A stretch of 64,000 nt of DNA from an uncultured cyanobacterium (GCA_963803805.1 CAWDOD010000011.1:672001-736000); one strand, 5' to 3'. Shown: positions 20,487-31,260, numbered from the stretch's first letter. Made by a program: numbers and translations. The notes: generated by a model from the letters alone, not told the origin.

Positions 20487-20780
20487 ATGACATCAACATT
20501 AATAGCAAGCTTATTCATCTTCGTGTTGGCAGGTTTTGTTGGCTTTGAAGTCATCAATAAAGTACCACCAACTCTCCATACTCCTTTAATGTCTGGGGCC
20601 AATGCCATTTCTGGTATTGCTGTCATTGGTGCTTTACTAATCTCTAGCGCGAGCGATTCTCCCCTCACAGTTATTTTAGGTTTAATCGCTGTGGTATTAG
20701 CCACAATTAATGTCGTGGGTGGTTTCTTAGTCACCGATAGGATGCTGCAAATGTTTAAGAAAAAGGAGGCTAAAGCATGA
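20487..20780 (+). CDS. NAD(P) transhydrogenase subunit alpha, membrane part 2
   Basis: LHTPLMSGANAISG, INVVGGFLVTDRML. Confidence 0.95.
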   Translation: MTSTLIASLFIFVLAGFVGFEVINKVPPTLHTPLMSGANAISGIAVIGALLISSASDSPLTVILGLIAVVLATINVVGGFLVTDRMLQMFKKKEAKA

Positions 20781-22189
20781 ATATAGTTGAATTTTTACCC
20801 ACAGGGATACAGCTTAGTTATTTAGTTGCTGCTTCTTTGTTTATTATTGGCTTAAAAAAGCTTGGTTCTCCAGCTACGGCGCGTAATGGGAACTTACTTG
20901 CGGCTGTGGGAATGTTTTTAGCGGTGGTAGTTACCTTATTAGATAGCCAAGTATTGAACTACCAAATGGTACTCATTGCGATCGCCATTGGTTCAGTGAT
21001 TGGCGCAGTTATTGCCCGTGCCGTTTCCATGACAGCCATGCCGCAAATGGTTGGCTTACTTAATGGCTTGGGTGGTGCAGCTTCAGCTTTAGTTGCTGTC
21101 GGCGAGTTTTGGCGTTTATTACATTCTCCCCAAGCAGTACCCCTTGATGCCACCATTACCGTTATTCTAGGTATCTTAATTGGCGGCGTTACTCTCACAG
21201 GAAGCTTAGTAGCAGTAGGTAAGTTGCAAGGGCTTATCTCTGGTAAACCAGTACAATTTCCTCTTCAACAACCAATCAATGCCCTACTACTAATTAGTTT
21301 CTTGGTTTGTAGTGGCTTTTTACTCGTCACCCCAGAAAGCCAACCTATTTTCCTTGCTTCTATTGCCATCTCTTCAATTTTAGGAATTTTATTCGTCCTT
21401 CCCATCGGTGGAGGAGATATGCCTGTAGTTATCTCCTTGCTTAATTCCTTATCGGGTTTAGCAGCTAGTGCCGCTGGTTTTGTAGTAATGAACAATATGC
21501 TCATCGTTGCTGGTGCTTTAGTAGGCACTTCCGGCTTAATCCTCACCCAAATCATGTGTAAAGGGATGAACCGTACCTTAAGCAGTGTCCTTTTTGGTGC
21601 TTTTGGTGGTGGTAATACCTCTAGTACTGGTGGTGCTAGCGGTGACATGGGGGATCAAGTAGTCCGTTCCATTGGCGCTGAAGAAGGAGCTATGATGATC
21701 GGTTATGCTCGTTCTGTGGTAATTGTACCCGGTTACGGCATGGCTGTTGCTCAAGCACAACACGCTGTTAAGGAATTATCAGATCAGTTAGAGAAATTGG
21801 GGGTAGAGGTTAAGTATGCGATCCATCCCGTAGCAGGAAGGATGCCAGGGCATATGAATGTTTTACTAGCAGAAGCGAATGTTCCTTATCCTCAACTTTA
21901 TGATATGGAGGATATTAATCCTCAGTTTGACCAAACCGATGTCGCTTTAGTTATCGGTGCAAATGATGTGGTTAACCCTGCTGCCCGTTCTGATCAAGGT
22001 AGCCCTATTTATGGTATGCCCATTTTAGAAGTAGACCGGGCTAAAAATACCATTGTCATTAAGCGTGGTATGAGTGCTGGTTTTTCTGGTGTCCAAAATG
22101 AGCTATTTTTCAAAGATAAAACAATGATGCTTTTTGGCAGTGCTAAAGAGATTGTTGGGCAATTAGCTGAAGAAGTTAAGCAGCTTTAA
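20777..22189 (+). CDS. pntB: NAD(P) transhydrogenase subunit beta
   Basis: MTAMPQMVGLLNGLGG, PGYGMAVAQAQH, HPVAGRMPGHMNVLLAEA. Confidence 0.97.
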   Translation: MNIVEFLPTGIQLSYLVAASLFIIGLKKLGSPATARNGNLLAAVGMFLAVVVTLLDSQVLNYQMVLIAIAIGSVIGAVIARAVSMTAMPQMVGLLNGLGGAASALVAVGEFWRLLHSPQAVPLDATITVILGILIGGVTLTGSLVAVGKLQGLISGKPVQFPLQQPINALLLISFLVCSGFLLVTPESQPIFLASIAISSILGILFVLPIGGGDMPVVISLLNSLSGLAASAAGFVVMNNMLIVAGALVGTSGLILTQIMCKGMNRTLSSVLFGAFGGGNTSSTGGASGDMGDQVVRSIGAEEGAMMIGYARSVVIVPGYGMAVAQAQHAVKELSDQLEKLGVEVKYAIHPVAGRMPGHMNVLLAEANVPYPQLYDMEDINPQFDQTDVALVIGANDVVNPAARSDQGSPIYGMPILEVDRAKNTIVIKRGMSAGFSGVQNELFFKDKTMMLFGSAKEIVGQLAEEVKQL

Positions 22190-22260
22190 TTCAGCTAAAT
22201 AGCAAAAGTTAAAAAAAGATTAAAATTATTTTTTGCTTTACTTTTGCAGCACTTTTTAAT

Positions 22261-22308
22261 AAATAGCTTATTAGAAGATTTTATAGTCTCAGAATAAGCT
22301 ATTTTTTT
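22261..22308 (+). terminator. Probable terminator after pntB
   Basis: AAATAGCTTATT...AATAAGCTATTT stem followed by a T run. Confidence 0.55.
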
Positions 22309-22392
22309 CTTGGAAAATATTAGCGATCTTGGTTAAGATATGTTAAAAGATATATAAGTTTTTATCAAAAAGCCATGGAACAGGAGATTTAA

Positions 22393-23211
22393 GTGGGTTA
22401 CTCTGTTGAGGTAAATGGAGACAACTTTCGCAGTGAAGTTATCGAAAAGTCTTTTGAAAAATTAGTCTTAGTAGACTTTTTTGCTACTTGGTGTGGCCCT
22501 TGCAAACTGCTTAAGCCAATTTTAGAGAAACTGGTTAAAGAATATGATTTTGTCTTTGCGAAGGTGGATATTGACCAAAACCAAGACTTAGCAGACAAGT
22601 TTAAAGTAGAAGGAGTTCCTGATGTCAGGATTTTTAACAAAGGAGAAATGCTGCCAGGATTTGTTGGGGTTTTTCAAGAATCTCAAATTAGAGATTTACT
22701 AGAGAAATTAAATCTCACTTCAAGTTTAGAACAAGGATTAACAGAGGCTAAGGTTTCTGTAGCAATGGGAGATATGCAGGCAGCAAAAAGGATTTACGAT
22801 AGCTTGTTTGCAATGTATCCTGATAACAGCAGATTAGTTATTGAAGCGGCTAAATTTCTGATTCGTTGTAACCAATTAGATGCTGCTAATAACTTTTTGA
22901 GTCGAGTCAGCATTGAAGATCAAGAATACGCAGCTAAAGTACAGGGAATTAAAGCCCTAATTCAGTTTAAGTTAGAAGCTGATCATCCTGGCGAAAATGA
23001 ATTAGATCAACTTTATACCAAAGCAGCAGGGCTAGCGGTTAAAGAAGAATATGAACAAGCTTTAACAATATTTTTAGATATTGTTGGCAGGAGTCGACAG
23101 TATAAACAAGATGGGGCGAGAAAAGCGATGTTAGCTATTTTTGATCTATTAGGTAAAAAACACCGTCTAACTCAAATTTATCAGCAAGAATTGATGCTAA
23201 CTTTGTATTAG
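22393..23211 (+). CDS. Thioredoxin-TPR protein (CnoX/YbbN-like)
   Basis: WCGPC active site then helical repeats, ARKAMLAIFDLLG. Confidence 0.88.
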   Translation: MGYSVEVNGDNFRSEVIEKSFEKLVLVDFFATWCGPCKLLKPILEKLVKEYDFVFAKVDIDQNQDLADKFKVEGVPDVRIFNKGEMLPGFVGVFQESQIRDLLEKLNLTSSLEQGLTEAKVSVAMGDMQAAKRIYDSLFAMYPDNSRLVIEAAKFLIRCNQLDAANNFLSRVSIEDQEYAAKVQGIKALIQFKLEADHPGENELDQLYTKAAGLAVKEEYEQALTIFLDIVGRSRQYKQDGARKAMLAIFDLLGKKHRLTQIYQQELMLTLY

Positions 23212-23251
23212 GAACCAGGAAAAACTAAAACTAGAAACTAGCAACCAGTAA

Positions 23252-23647
23252 TTAACCTTCAACAATGATTTTAGCAATCATACCTGCACCACGATGGGGT
23301 TGACAATAATAATCATATTCTCCAGCCGGAGTGTCTTCTGGAAACTGGGTAGAATATGATTGACCTGTAGAAAACATCAACTTGGGATTAGAAAGTTGTC
23401 TTGCTAAAGAACTATCTCCATTAGGTACTCTCCAAAAGATAACATTGTGAGGAGCTAGTTTATTCATCACAAATTTAACTGTGTTTCCTGGCTTAATAGT
23501 AAGAGTTTCCGGGACAAATTTTAACTCGCCACTATCGGTCCCCATTTTAACAGTATAGGTTTGAGCTTGGGCTGGTTGAACTGAGAGAATTAATGTTGCT
23601 ATAACAAACATTAATATGGTTAGTTGTTTTAGTATTTTCTTGATCAA
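23252..23647 (-). CDS. petE: Plastocyanin
   Basis: Signal peptide, PHNV and YYCQPHRGAGM copper ligands. Confidence 0.95.
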   Translation of the reverse strand: MIKKILKQLTILMFVIATLILSVQPAQAQTYTVKMGTDSGELKFVPETLTIKPGNTVKFVMNKLAPHNVIFWRVPNGDSSLARQLSNPKLMFSTGQSYSTQFPEDTPAGEYDYYCQPHRGAGMIAKIIVEG

Positions 23648-23770
23648 CTTACTTGTTTCCTTTTTGAAGAAGATTTTTAATAAAAAACGGTAACAAACAG
23701 TTCATAAAAAATTATCTGTCTGTACCGTTTCTATTACCTATTACATAGATATCTTTAACTATTCTGAGGC

Positions 23771-24292
23771 TTAATTGTAAACCTTACCACCTCCCCAGAC
23801 CTTGCCGAGTATCTTCTGTTGTACAAGAATGTGACCAGCAATATCTTCTAAATCCTCTTCAGTAAGATTTCTCATAGAGAGCCAAATATCAGATCGACTA
23901 GTATTAGGATGTATCTCCTTTAGGTCAACTTCTCCATCATAACTAGTTGGGTTTTCCATGTAATCAACTAATGCCAACACATTATCACGACGAGGTTCAG
24001 CACCTTCGAGGGCTTCTTGATTTAAGGTAACATTAGGATTGGTTTTAGTTCTGCCCGCAGCATGACACTTAGAACAGGTATTGCGAAACAATCGCTGTCC
24101 TTGATCAAGCTGTTTTGTACTAAAAACGACTTCTTCCCCCCCTTCATTTAAGGGTACTGTGCGGAGACTTTCTTCTAGTTCATAAGCAGAAGCATTGGCA
24201 ATACCTAATTGAAAGGTAAACAATAAAGTCGCTACAGTTACCCATAAAAGTCGCTTTAGGTTGGTTCTCCTAAAAAAATTTGGCTTTTTCAT
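23771..24292 (-). CDS. psbV: Photosystem II cytochrome c550
   Basis: CSKCH haem motif, NPTSYDG...IHP axial His, WGGGKVY end; start moved to the ATG at 24292. Confidence 0.92.
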   Translation of the reverse strand: MKKPNFFRRTNLKRLLWVTVATLLFTFQLGIANASAYELEESLRTVPLNEGGEEVVFSTKQLDQGQRLFRNTCSKCHAAGRTKTNPNVTLNQEALEGAEPRRDNVLALVDYMENPTSYDGEVDLKEIHPNTSRSDIWLSMRNLTEEDLEDIAGHILVQQKILGKVWGGGKVYN

Positions 24293-24551
24293 GATTGTTG
24301 GTTTTATACAGCAATAACTCAATCTATTTATTTCATCCCAGCTAGGATTAGGTGAAATAAGCACTTTAAAAGAGCGTTTTAGAATAGTCTTCTTAAGCTA
24401 ATAATTTACGCTTCAAGCTTGATATAGCGCAATTCATAGACAAATGAAGTTAGTTTCTGCGATGATTGTCGCAAAATTCTTGACGAGCTTTTGCCTAGCT
24501 GTAAAGAAACTATAGAGTTGTTCTCATAAATATCATGCCATGAGCAATGAG

Positions 24552-24584
24552 CAATGATGACTGATAACTGATCATTGATAACTG
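24552..24584. repeat. 33-bp repeat, left arm of an inverted pair around cobA-cbiX
   Basis: CAATGATGACTGATAACTGATCATTGATAACTG is the exact reverse complement of 26306-26338. Confidence 0.9.
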
Positions 24585-24589
24585 TTAAT

Positions 24590-25380
24590 TTATGTTAAGT
24601 AGGGGCGACAAATAGATAAGGAATTATGAAGATTAACCACATCACCAATAACTGCAATAGCTGGGGCTTCAAAATTACTTTCTTCTACTTGCTTGACAAT
24701 GGTTTCTAAAGAACCAATTAATTGCTGTTGTTCTGGTCTAGTTCCCCAACGTACTAGGGCAATGGGGGTTGTAGCTGATAAACCTGCTGTTTGTAGTTCT
24801 TGAAGTATATTGGGTAGGTTGTGAACCCCCATGTAAATAACAATAGTTTCTGAACCTTTAGCGATCGCACTCCAATCTACTTGAGGACGGTATTTACCTG
24901 CTGACTCATGACCTGTAACGAAGGTAACGGAGGAACTATGATGACGATGGGTAATAGGAATCCCCGCATAGGCAGGGGCAGCGATACCAGAAGTTATTCC
25001 TGGTACAACTTCTACCGAAACTCCGGCTGCTACCAAGTCTTGCATTTCTTCTCCACCACGGCCAAATACAAAGGGATCACCACCTTTGAGGCGTACTACC
25101 ACAGCGTTGGTTTGAGCTTTTTCTATTAGTAGCTTAGTGGTTTCATCTTGCAATTTTGAATGACGACCTCTTCTTTTCCCTGCGTCAATACGTTCGGCAC
25201 GAGAACTAATCATCCCTAAAATTGGTTCGCTGACTAAAGCATCATAAACAACTACATCAGCGTGTTCAAGTAAGGTTTTCCCTTTTAAAGTAAAAAGTCC
25301 AGGATCTCCTGCCCTGCACCAACTAAATAAACTTTACCTTGGCATGAGGATTGTTTAATAAGAATATTTGCTTGATTCAT
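24590..25380 (-). CDS. cobA: Uroporphyrinogen-III C-methyltransferase, with a 1-nt deletion near 25311
   Basis: ATG at 25380 gives GKVYLVGAG; the adjacent frame continues GDPGLFTLKG...VYDALV...RLKGGDPFVFGRGGEE; one C is missing from GGG CCA GGA. Confidence 0.9.
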
Positions 25381-25418
25381 TGATTTGCTTTTTGATTCTC
25401 GGAGATGTCTATTAGCCG

Positions 25419-26213
25419 TTAGCAAAAATTAAGTTTTTCAGCAACTAGATCAGCTAGTTCAGTGGTTGTTCCTAAAGGTTTTCCTAAAAGGAGTTGGAGA
25501 TGGGGGAAATGAGTTTGTAGTTTTTGGACTTGGGTGGCGATCGCTTCTGTTATGCCGCCGTTGAAAAGGAAGTAAGGTAGGATAGCAATTTTTTGATGTC
25601 CGATGGCTTCTAAAGCTGTTACTTGTTCTTGTAAAGTAGGGGCTACAGACCAATAAGCAACTGCGGCGTTTAAACTAGAGGCGATCGCTTTGACAGGTTG
25701 ATTACCTCCTAAGCGACGGCTACCGTGGGAGAGGAGAATTCTGGCTGAAGTTGGGAATTGAGCAAACTTCTTGGTTAAGATTGTTGTTAAATCATCGTTG
25801 CTACCGAGGTAGGGTAATAATTCGAGAGCAATTTCTCCAGGGAGGTTTTTCTTTGCTAAAGCAATTTCAGTTGGAATATCTTCTTTGACATGAACTCCAG
25901 CTAAAAGGAACATCGGTAAAATTTTTACTTGTTTAAGTCCTGCTTGTTTTGCCTGGAGAGCAAATTTGGTAATACTTTGATTTAGAGGGATTTTTCCTAA
26001 TTCTAAAACTGCGGTGGTGATTAAAGGAGAGGTCGTTTTGTTAAGCAAAGCTAGAGAGTTGGGTTGTTGCTTCACTACAGATAGCTGAGGTGTGTGGTGA
26101 ATAACAGACTCTAAGCGCTGTTGAATAAGATATGCCAGCCTTTCCCCAGCTATTTGCGGTCGAGGATCGCGGCTGCCATGAAATACAAGTAGATAAGCCG
26201 AAGATAATGTCAA
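25419..26213 (-). CDS. cbiX: Sirohydrochlorin chelatase (CbiX/SirB family)
   Basis: HGSRDPRP, PMFLLAGVHVKEDIP, second HGSR, PYFLF; directly upstream of cobA. Confidence 0.88.
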   Translation of the reverse strand: MTLSSAYLLVFHGSRDPRPQIAGERLAYLIQQRLESVIHHTPQLSVVKQQPNSLALLNKTTSPLITTAVLELGKIPLNQSITKFALQAKQAGLKQVKILPMFLLAGVHVKEDIPTEIALAKKNLPGEIALELLPYLGSNDDLTTILTKKFAQFPTSARILLSHGSRRLGGNQPVKAIASSLNAAVAYWSVAPTLQEQVTALEAIGHQKIAILPYFLFNGGITEAIATQVQKLQTHFPHLQLLLGKPLGTTTELADLVAEKLNFC

Positions 26214-26305
26214 GGTAGTTTAAATAAAAGTTAGTTTTCTTAAAATTTATCCTTTTGTTTTGGCATATTCTGTATCAATTGTTGCGGAGAAGTTAAGTAG
26301 AATAT

Positions 26306-26338
26306 CAGTTATCAATGATCAGTTATCAGTCATCATTG
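26306..26338. repeat. 33-bp repeat, right arm of the inverted pair
   Basis: CAGTTATCAATGATCAGTTATCAGTCATCATTG. Confidence 0.9.
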
Positions 26339-26401
26339 ATTAGTAAAAGACTACTCTTTCCCCTTAATTACTCATCAATTTGCAAATTAGTCTAAGTAAT
26401 C

Positions 26402-27698
26402 ATGACAGAAAAGGCCTGATTCAGTTTCTCCAGATTTGGAGGCAGTTAGTAATAACAATTCTAATGGTGCAAATAATCAAGGTGATGAAGGTAAAGCTTC
26501 AGCTACAATTCTAGCCCAGCAAATACCAGAAGTCCCTTTAGCTGTGTTGCCCAGCAATCAACTTGTCTATCAAGGTGATCCCCTTAGTAAAGAAAAAGCT
26601 AATTCTTCCAAGTCTTGGATTATTCTCACTGCCGTTACGGTGATGTTGGTGGGATTGTTTTTGAATAATACTTGGATTGGGCTTTCTGGCAGCTTAGTTG
26701 CTCTGTTAACTTCTTTGGGAGTAATTCTACCTCCGGTTAAAACATGGCTGTCTGAGAACCTGAGAAGGCAAGAAGGAGTCCAATTAATTGCTTTTGTAGG
26801 CTTTGTACTAGCTTCAGCTTGTTTGTTTAAGTTTATTGGGGTTTACAGTGGCATTAGTAACTTATTGATTCAAATCAAGTGGGATGAGTTTGGTTCATGG
26901 GCCGATTGGGTTGGTGCTTTAGGACAAATTTTAATTGCTGTTTTGGCCGTTTATGTAGCTTGGCAGCAGTATGTGATTTCCAAAGATTTAACCATTCGCC
27001 AAAATACAATTACTCAACAACAAACCATTGATGCTTATTTCCAAGGTGTTTCAGATTTAGCCCTCAACGATGAAGGATTATTAGAAGATTGGCCCCAGGA
27101 AAGGGCGATCGCCGAAGGAAGAATTGCCGCAATTTTAAGCGGTGTAGATTCGATGGGGAAAGCGAAAATTCTGCGTTTTCTTTCCCAATCTAGGTTACTT
27201 ACTCCTTTGATGCGCGATCGCCATTTAGGAAGACCAATTTTGGATGGTAAAGGTGGTTATGCTGAAGATCGTAGTTATGGTATTCGGGTAATTAGTTTAG
27301 GAGTTGTTTTAGCTGGGGCTGATCTGTCTAAAACAGATTTACGTTGGACAGATTTAAGCGAAGCAAATATGGTTCGTGCCAACTTGGCAGGTTGTGATCT
27401 AGTTAAAGCTAATCTCTGTCGCACGGTATTATACGAGGCCAATTTAGCAGGGGCTGATGTTAAGGGGACACGCTTTTTTTACGGCTCTATTAAAAGCGCT
27501 ACTCCTCGCAGTCGTACCTCTGGCCCCAATTATAAAACCGGAGCTTGCACAGGTACAGTAATAGAAAAAGCTAACCTCGCTGGGGTAAAAAGAATGAGTG
27601 CCGAACAACGCTATTATTGTTGCGCTTGGGGAGGAGAAAAAACCAGGGCAACTATTCCTGGAGGTTGTGAGGGAATTCCTAATAAGTTGGGGAGATAG
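26402..27698 (+). CDS. Membrane pentapeptide-repeat protein; probable +1 indel near 26413
   Basis: ADLSK TDLRW TDLSE ANMVR ANLAG repeats plus TM segments; the ATG at 26402 is 1 nt out of frame with the TTG-started ORF at 26436. Confidence 0.8.
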
Positions 27699-27753
27699 GC
27701 AGGTAGGGAGATGGGGAGAAAACTATTAGCAACTAGTCATTAGCCATTAGCCA

Positions 27754-29049
27754 TTAGCCATCATTAATTTCATTCCATTCTTTTGCCGCATCACTAACAG
27801 CATCTTTGACGGTTTTCTTGTCTAACATCGCTGCTTGTAAGTTTTCATAAATCAACTTTTGTAGACTATTAAGATTCTTCATTGCTGGTACTAAAACTTT
27901 GGCATCATTGATTTGTTTAGCACTAACTTTACGGGCATATTCTACAGAAGAAACATTGGCTTCAGTGGCAGTTTGAGAAATATATTCTTTAACTCCTTCT
28001 ACCGTAGAAGGTAAAACGTTGGCTGCTTTAGCAAAGGCTAATTGATTTTCTGTATTAGTAACAAAAGCAGCGAAATCCACAGATTCTTCTGGTTTGTTAG
28101 TATCGCGAGGAATTACTAGATTCATCACCGCTACATTTTTGAAGCCAGTTTCTCCAGTAATTTGTGGTGCAGAAGCAGAAACAGCAGAAATAGCTGGGGC
28201 ATTGTTGGCGATCGCCTTTAAAAATTCTGCACCGGAAGAAAGAAGGGCAGTTTCTCCTGCTTGATAAAGTTCAATGGCGTAGCGATGCCCTTGGGTGAGA
28301 ACTTCTTTAGGTAAAAGTTCTTGTTGATAAAGGTCTACCCAATATTGAAAAGCGGCTAAACCTTCTGGGGTATTAAAAGCAGCATTCCCTTCTTCATCCA
28401 CTAAGTTAACCCCCATTTGTACCAAAGATTCTAAAACTTCACCGGAATCATCGGCTACAAAGGTAACAAAAAAAGCATATTTACCGGTTGCGTCTTTAAT
28501 TTGCTTAGCAACTTTAGCCAATTCTTCATAGGTAGTAGGAGGTTGGCTAACCCCTGCTTTTTTTAACAATTCTTGGTTATAAATAGTCACCCTCGTAGTT
28601 AAATACCAAGGGAAGCCAAAACTAGTATTTTCAATGGTACTAGCTTGCCAAATATTTTCTAAGTAGGTTTGTTTAATCTCTGGGGAAATGGCATCATCCA
28701 AATTTAACCAAGCATCCCGTGTCGCTAATTGAGAAGCAAAATTAGGATTGAGGTTGACCACATCAGGGGCATTTTTTGCCGATACTGCGGTAAGAATTTT
28801 ACTTTCCATAGCCGACCAAGGTACATCTACCCATTTAACTTTGACTTGAGGATTTTCTGCCTCGAAATTAGAGATTAAGCCATTAAAGTACTCGGTAAAC
28901 TCCGGCTGTAGTTGCATTGTCCAAAACTCAAGTTCCTGACTTTGAGATGATTTGGGGCCAGGGTTACAGCTTATTAACCAGCTTACCAATAATCCCAATA
29001 GCGCCCATAAGCCCAGACGTTGAAGGTTTCGGATCTTGCTCATTTTCAC
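27754..29049 (-). CDS. Sugar ABC transporter substrate-binding lipoprotein
   Basis: Lipobox LISC; EFWTMQL, APDVVNLNP, FPWY of SBP family 1. Confidence 0.88.
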   Translation of the reverse strand: MKMSKIRNLQRLGLWALLGLLVSWLISCNPGPKSSQSQELEFWTMQLQPEFTEYFNGLISNFEAENPQVKVKWVDVPWSAMESKILTAVSAKNAPDVVNLNPNFASQLATRDAWLNLDDAISPEIKQTYLENIWQASTIENTSFGFPWYLTTRVTIYNQELLKKAGVSQPPTTYEELAKVAKQIKDATGKYAFFVTFVADDSGEVLESLVQMGVNLVDEEGNAAFNTPEGLAAFQYWVDLYQQELLPKEVLTQGHRYAIELYQAGETALLSSGAEFLKAIANNAPAISAVSASAPQITGETGFKNVAVMNLVIPRDTNKPEESVDFAAFVTNTENQLAFAKAANVLPSTVEGVKEYISQTATEANVSSVEYARKVSAKQINDAKVLVPAMKNLNSLQKLIYENLQAAMLDKKTVKDAVSDAAKEWNEINDG

Positions 29050-29166
29050 TCAAATTAAGATTACTTATTAATCATGTCTATTATGACGTGCAAGGGAAAG
29101 GACGTACAATAGGCAGCTATGTTGCCTAAATTCAACTCTCAGGCAGCTTTTCAGTAAGAATATAGG

Positions 29167-29421
29167 TTGATATTTATGGATTCTGATCCTCGCCATAGTT
29201 ACTGGCGTGCCAATATTGCTTTAATTAGAAATCTGCTCATTGTTTGGGGTTTAGTTTCTCTAGTTTTAGGCATTCTTCTAGTTGAACCATTAAATACCAT
29301 TCGCTTTTTTGGTGTACCTTTGGGCTTTTGGATCGCCCAACAAGGTTCAATTATTGTTTTTGTCGGGTTGATATTTATCTACGCTGTGCAAATGGATAAG
29401 TTAGACCGCAAACATAGGTAA
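29167..29421 (+). CDS. DUF4212 small membrane partner of the solute symporter
   Basis: YWRAN...PLGFWIAQQGSI; directly upstream of the symporter. Confidence 0.88.
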   Translation: MIFMDSDPRHSYWRANIALIRNLLIVWGLVSLVLGILLVEPLNTIRFFGVPLGFWIAQQGSIIVFVGLIFIYAVQMDKLDRKHR

Positions 29422-29479
29422 TGGCTAGTTGCTAATGGGTAAAAACCCTTGATAAATGATAAACGGTAATTGAATTGTT

Positions 29480-31153
29480 ATGTCAGCAGTAGAAATTTGG
29501 ACAACTTTGTTTGTTGGCCTTTCTTTAATACTTTATGTTTATATTGGTTGGCGATCGCGGGTCAAAGATAGTAAAGGCTTTTTTGTGGCTGGGCAAGGAG
29601 TCCCAGCTTTGGCAAATGGTGCGGCAACAGCAGCAGATTGGATGTCAGCCGCCTCGTTTATTTCTATGGCAGGGTTAATCTCGTTTTTGGGTTATGATGG
29701 CTCGATTTATTTAATGGGTTGGACTGGGGGTTATGTGTTGTTAGCTTTATTGTTAGCCCCCTATTTACGTAAGTTTGGTAAGTATACGGTTCCTGATTTT
29801 GTCGGCGATCGCTACTATTCCAATTTTGCCCGTTTAGTAGCAGTAGTAGCAGCGATTTTTGTTTCCCTAACCTATGTCGCAGGGCAGATGCGAGGTGTAG
29901 GTATTGTCTTTAGTCGCTTTCTCCAAGTTCCCGTAGGTACTGGAGTTGTCATCGGCATGGTTATTGTGGGTTTCTTTGCTGTATTAGGAGGGATGAAGGG
30001 CATCACCTGGACTCAGGTGGCTCAATATTGTGTCTTAATTGTGGCTTACTTAATCCCAGCTATCGCTTTAGCTTGGATGCTTACAGGCAACCCTGTCCCT
30101 CAATTAGCCTTTACTTTCAGCGACATCGCCGATAAATTAAATGCCATTCAAACAGATTTAGGTTTTGCAGAATATACTGCCCCTTTTGCCAATAAATCTA
30201 TGTTAGATGTGCTGTTTATCACCATTGCTTTAATGGTAGGGACAGCAGGTTTACCCCACGTTATTGTCCGTTTTTACACCGTCCCTGATGTCCGTGCTGC
30301 AAGGTTTTCGGCGGGTTGGGCTTTACTATTTATCGCCATTCTCTACACCACTGCCCCAGCTTTATCAATGTTCGCCCGTTACAACTTAATTCAATCTCTT
30401 CACGATAAGCCTGTGGAGGAAGTACAACAATTAGATTGGGCAAGTAAATGGCAGGCGACGGAATTATTACAATTTGAGGATAAAAATGGTGATGGACGCT
30501 ATCAATTAACCCCTGATGAAACAAGCAACGAAATTATCATTGATCGGGATATTATTGTTCTTTCTACCCCAGAAATCGCTAAACTTGCCCCTTGGGTAAT
30601 TGCCTTAGTTGCTGCCGGAGGTTTAGCGGCTGCCCTTTCTACTGCTTCGGGATTATTACTGGTAATTTCTAGTTCTATTGCCCACGATATCTATTACCGT
30701 ATTATCAACCCCGAAGCATCGGAAACAAAACGAGTTTTTGTGGGCAGAATTATGGTAGGTTTTGCTTTAGTTATTGCGGGCTATTTTGGTGTCAATCCCC
30801 CCGGTTTTGTGGGGCAAGTGGTAGCCTTTGCTTTTGGTTTAGCCGCAGCTAGTTTCTTCCCGGCTATTTTCCTGGGTATCTTTGATAAACGTACTAATAA
30901 AGAGGGTGCGATCGCAGGGATGATTGTCGGTTTAGCTTTTACTACTTTTTATATTGTTGGTGTCAAATTCTTCAACATGGAACCCTGGTTTTTTGGTGTT
31001 TCAGCAGAAGGTATTGGTACTTTAGGAATGGTAATTAATTTAGTTGTCACCCTAATAGTTTCTCGCTTAACTCCCCCGCCTCCTCAAGAGATTCAAGATT
31101 TAGTAGAAGATTTGCGTACACCTGCGATCGCTAAAAGAATAGCCCTAGATTGA
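29480..31153 (+). CDS. Sodium:solute symporter (ActP-like)
   Basis: ATAADWMSAASF, GGMKGITWTQVAQY, GTAGLPHVIVRFYTV. Confidence 0.92.
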   Translation: MSAVEIWTTLFVGLSLILYVYIGWRSRVKDSKGFFVAGQGVPALANGAATAADWMSAASFISMAGLISFLGYDGSIYLMGWTGGYVLLALLLAPYLRKFGKYTVPDFVGDRYYSNFARLVAVVAAIFVSLTYVAGQMRGVGIVFSRFLQVPVGTGVVIGMVIVGFFAVLGGMKGITWTQVAQYCVLIVAYLIPAIALAWMLTGNPVPQLAFTFSDIADKLNAIQTDLGFAEYTAPFANKSMLDVLFITIALMVGTAGLPHVIVRFYTVPDVRAARFSAGWALLFIAILYTTAPALSMFARYNLIQSLHDKPVEEVQQLDWASKWQATELLQFEDKNGDGRYQLTPDETSNEIIIDRDIIVLSTPEIAKLAPWVIALVAAGGLAAALSTASGLLLVISSSIAHDIYYRIINPEASETKRVFVGRIMVGFALVIAGYFGVNPPGFVGQVVAFAFGLAAASFFPAIFLGIFDKRTNKEGAIAGMIVGLAFTTFYIVGVKFFNMEPWFFGVSAEGIGTLGMVINLVVTLIVSRLTPPPPQEIQDLVEDLRTPAIAKRIALD

Positions 31154-31260
31154 GACAACTGTCTGTGCGTATAATAAAATATCAAAGCTGGTGAATTATG
31201 AATTTTTCATCAAAGAATTATGGGGCTAAAATTCGATTTATTATCCAGAGGTAAAGAAAT

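Noticed and set aside
19212-20780. Split pntA as a frameshifted gene
   Set aside because: The three-gene transhydrogenase layout is established; both parts have clean starts and stops with a 135-nt gap.
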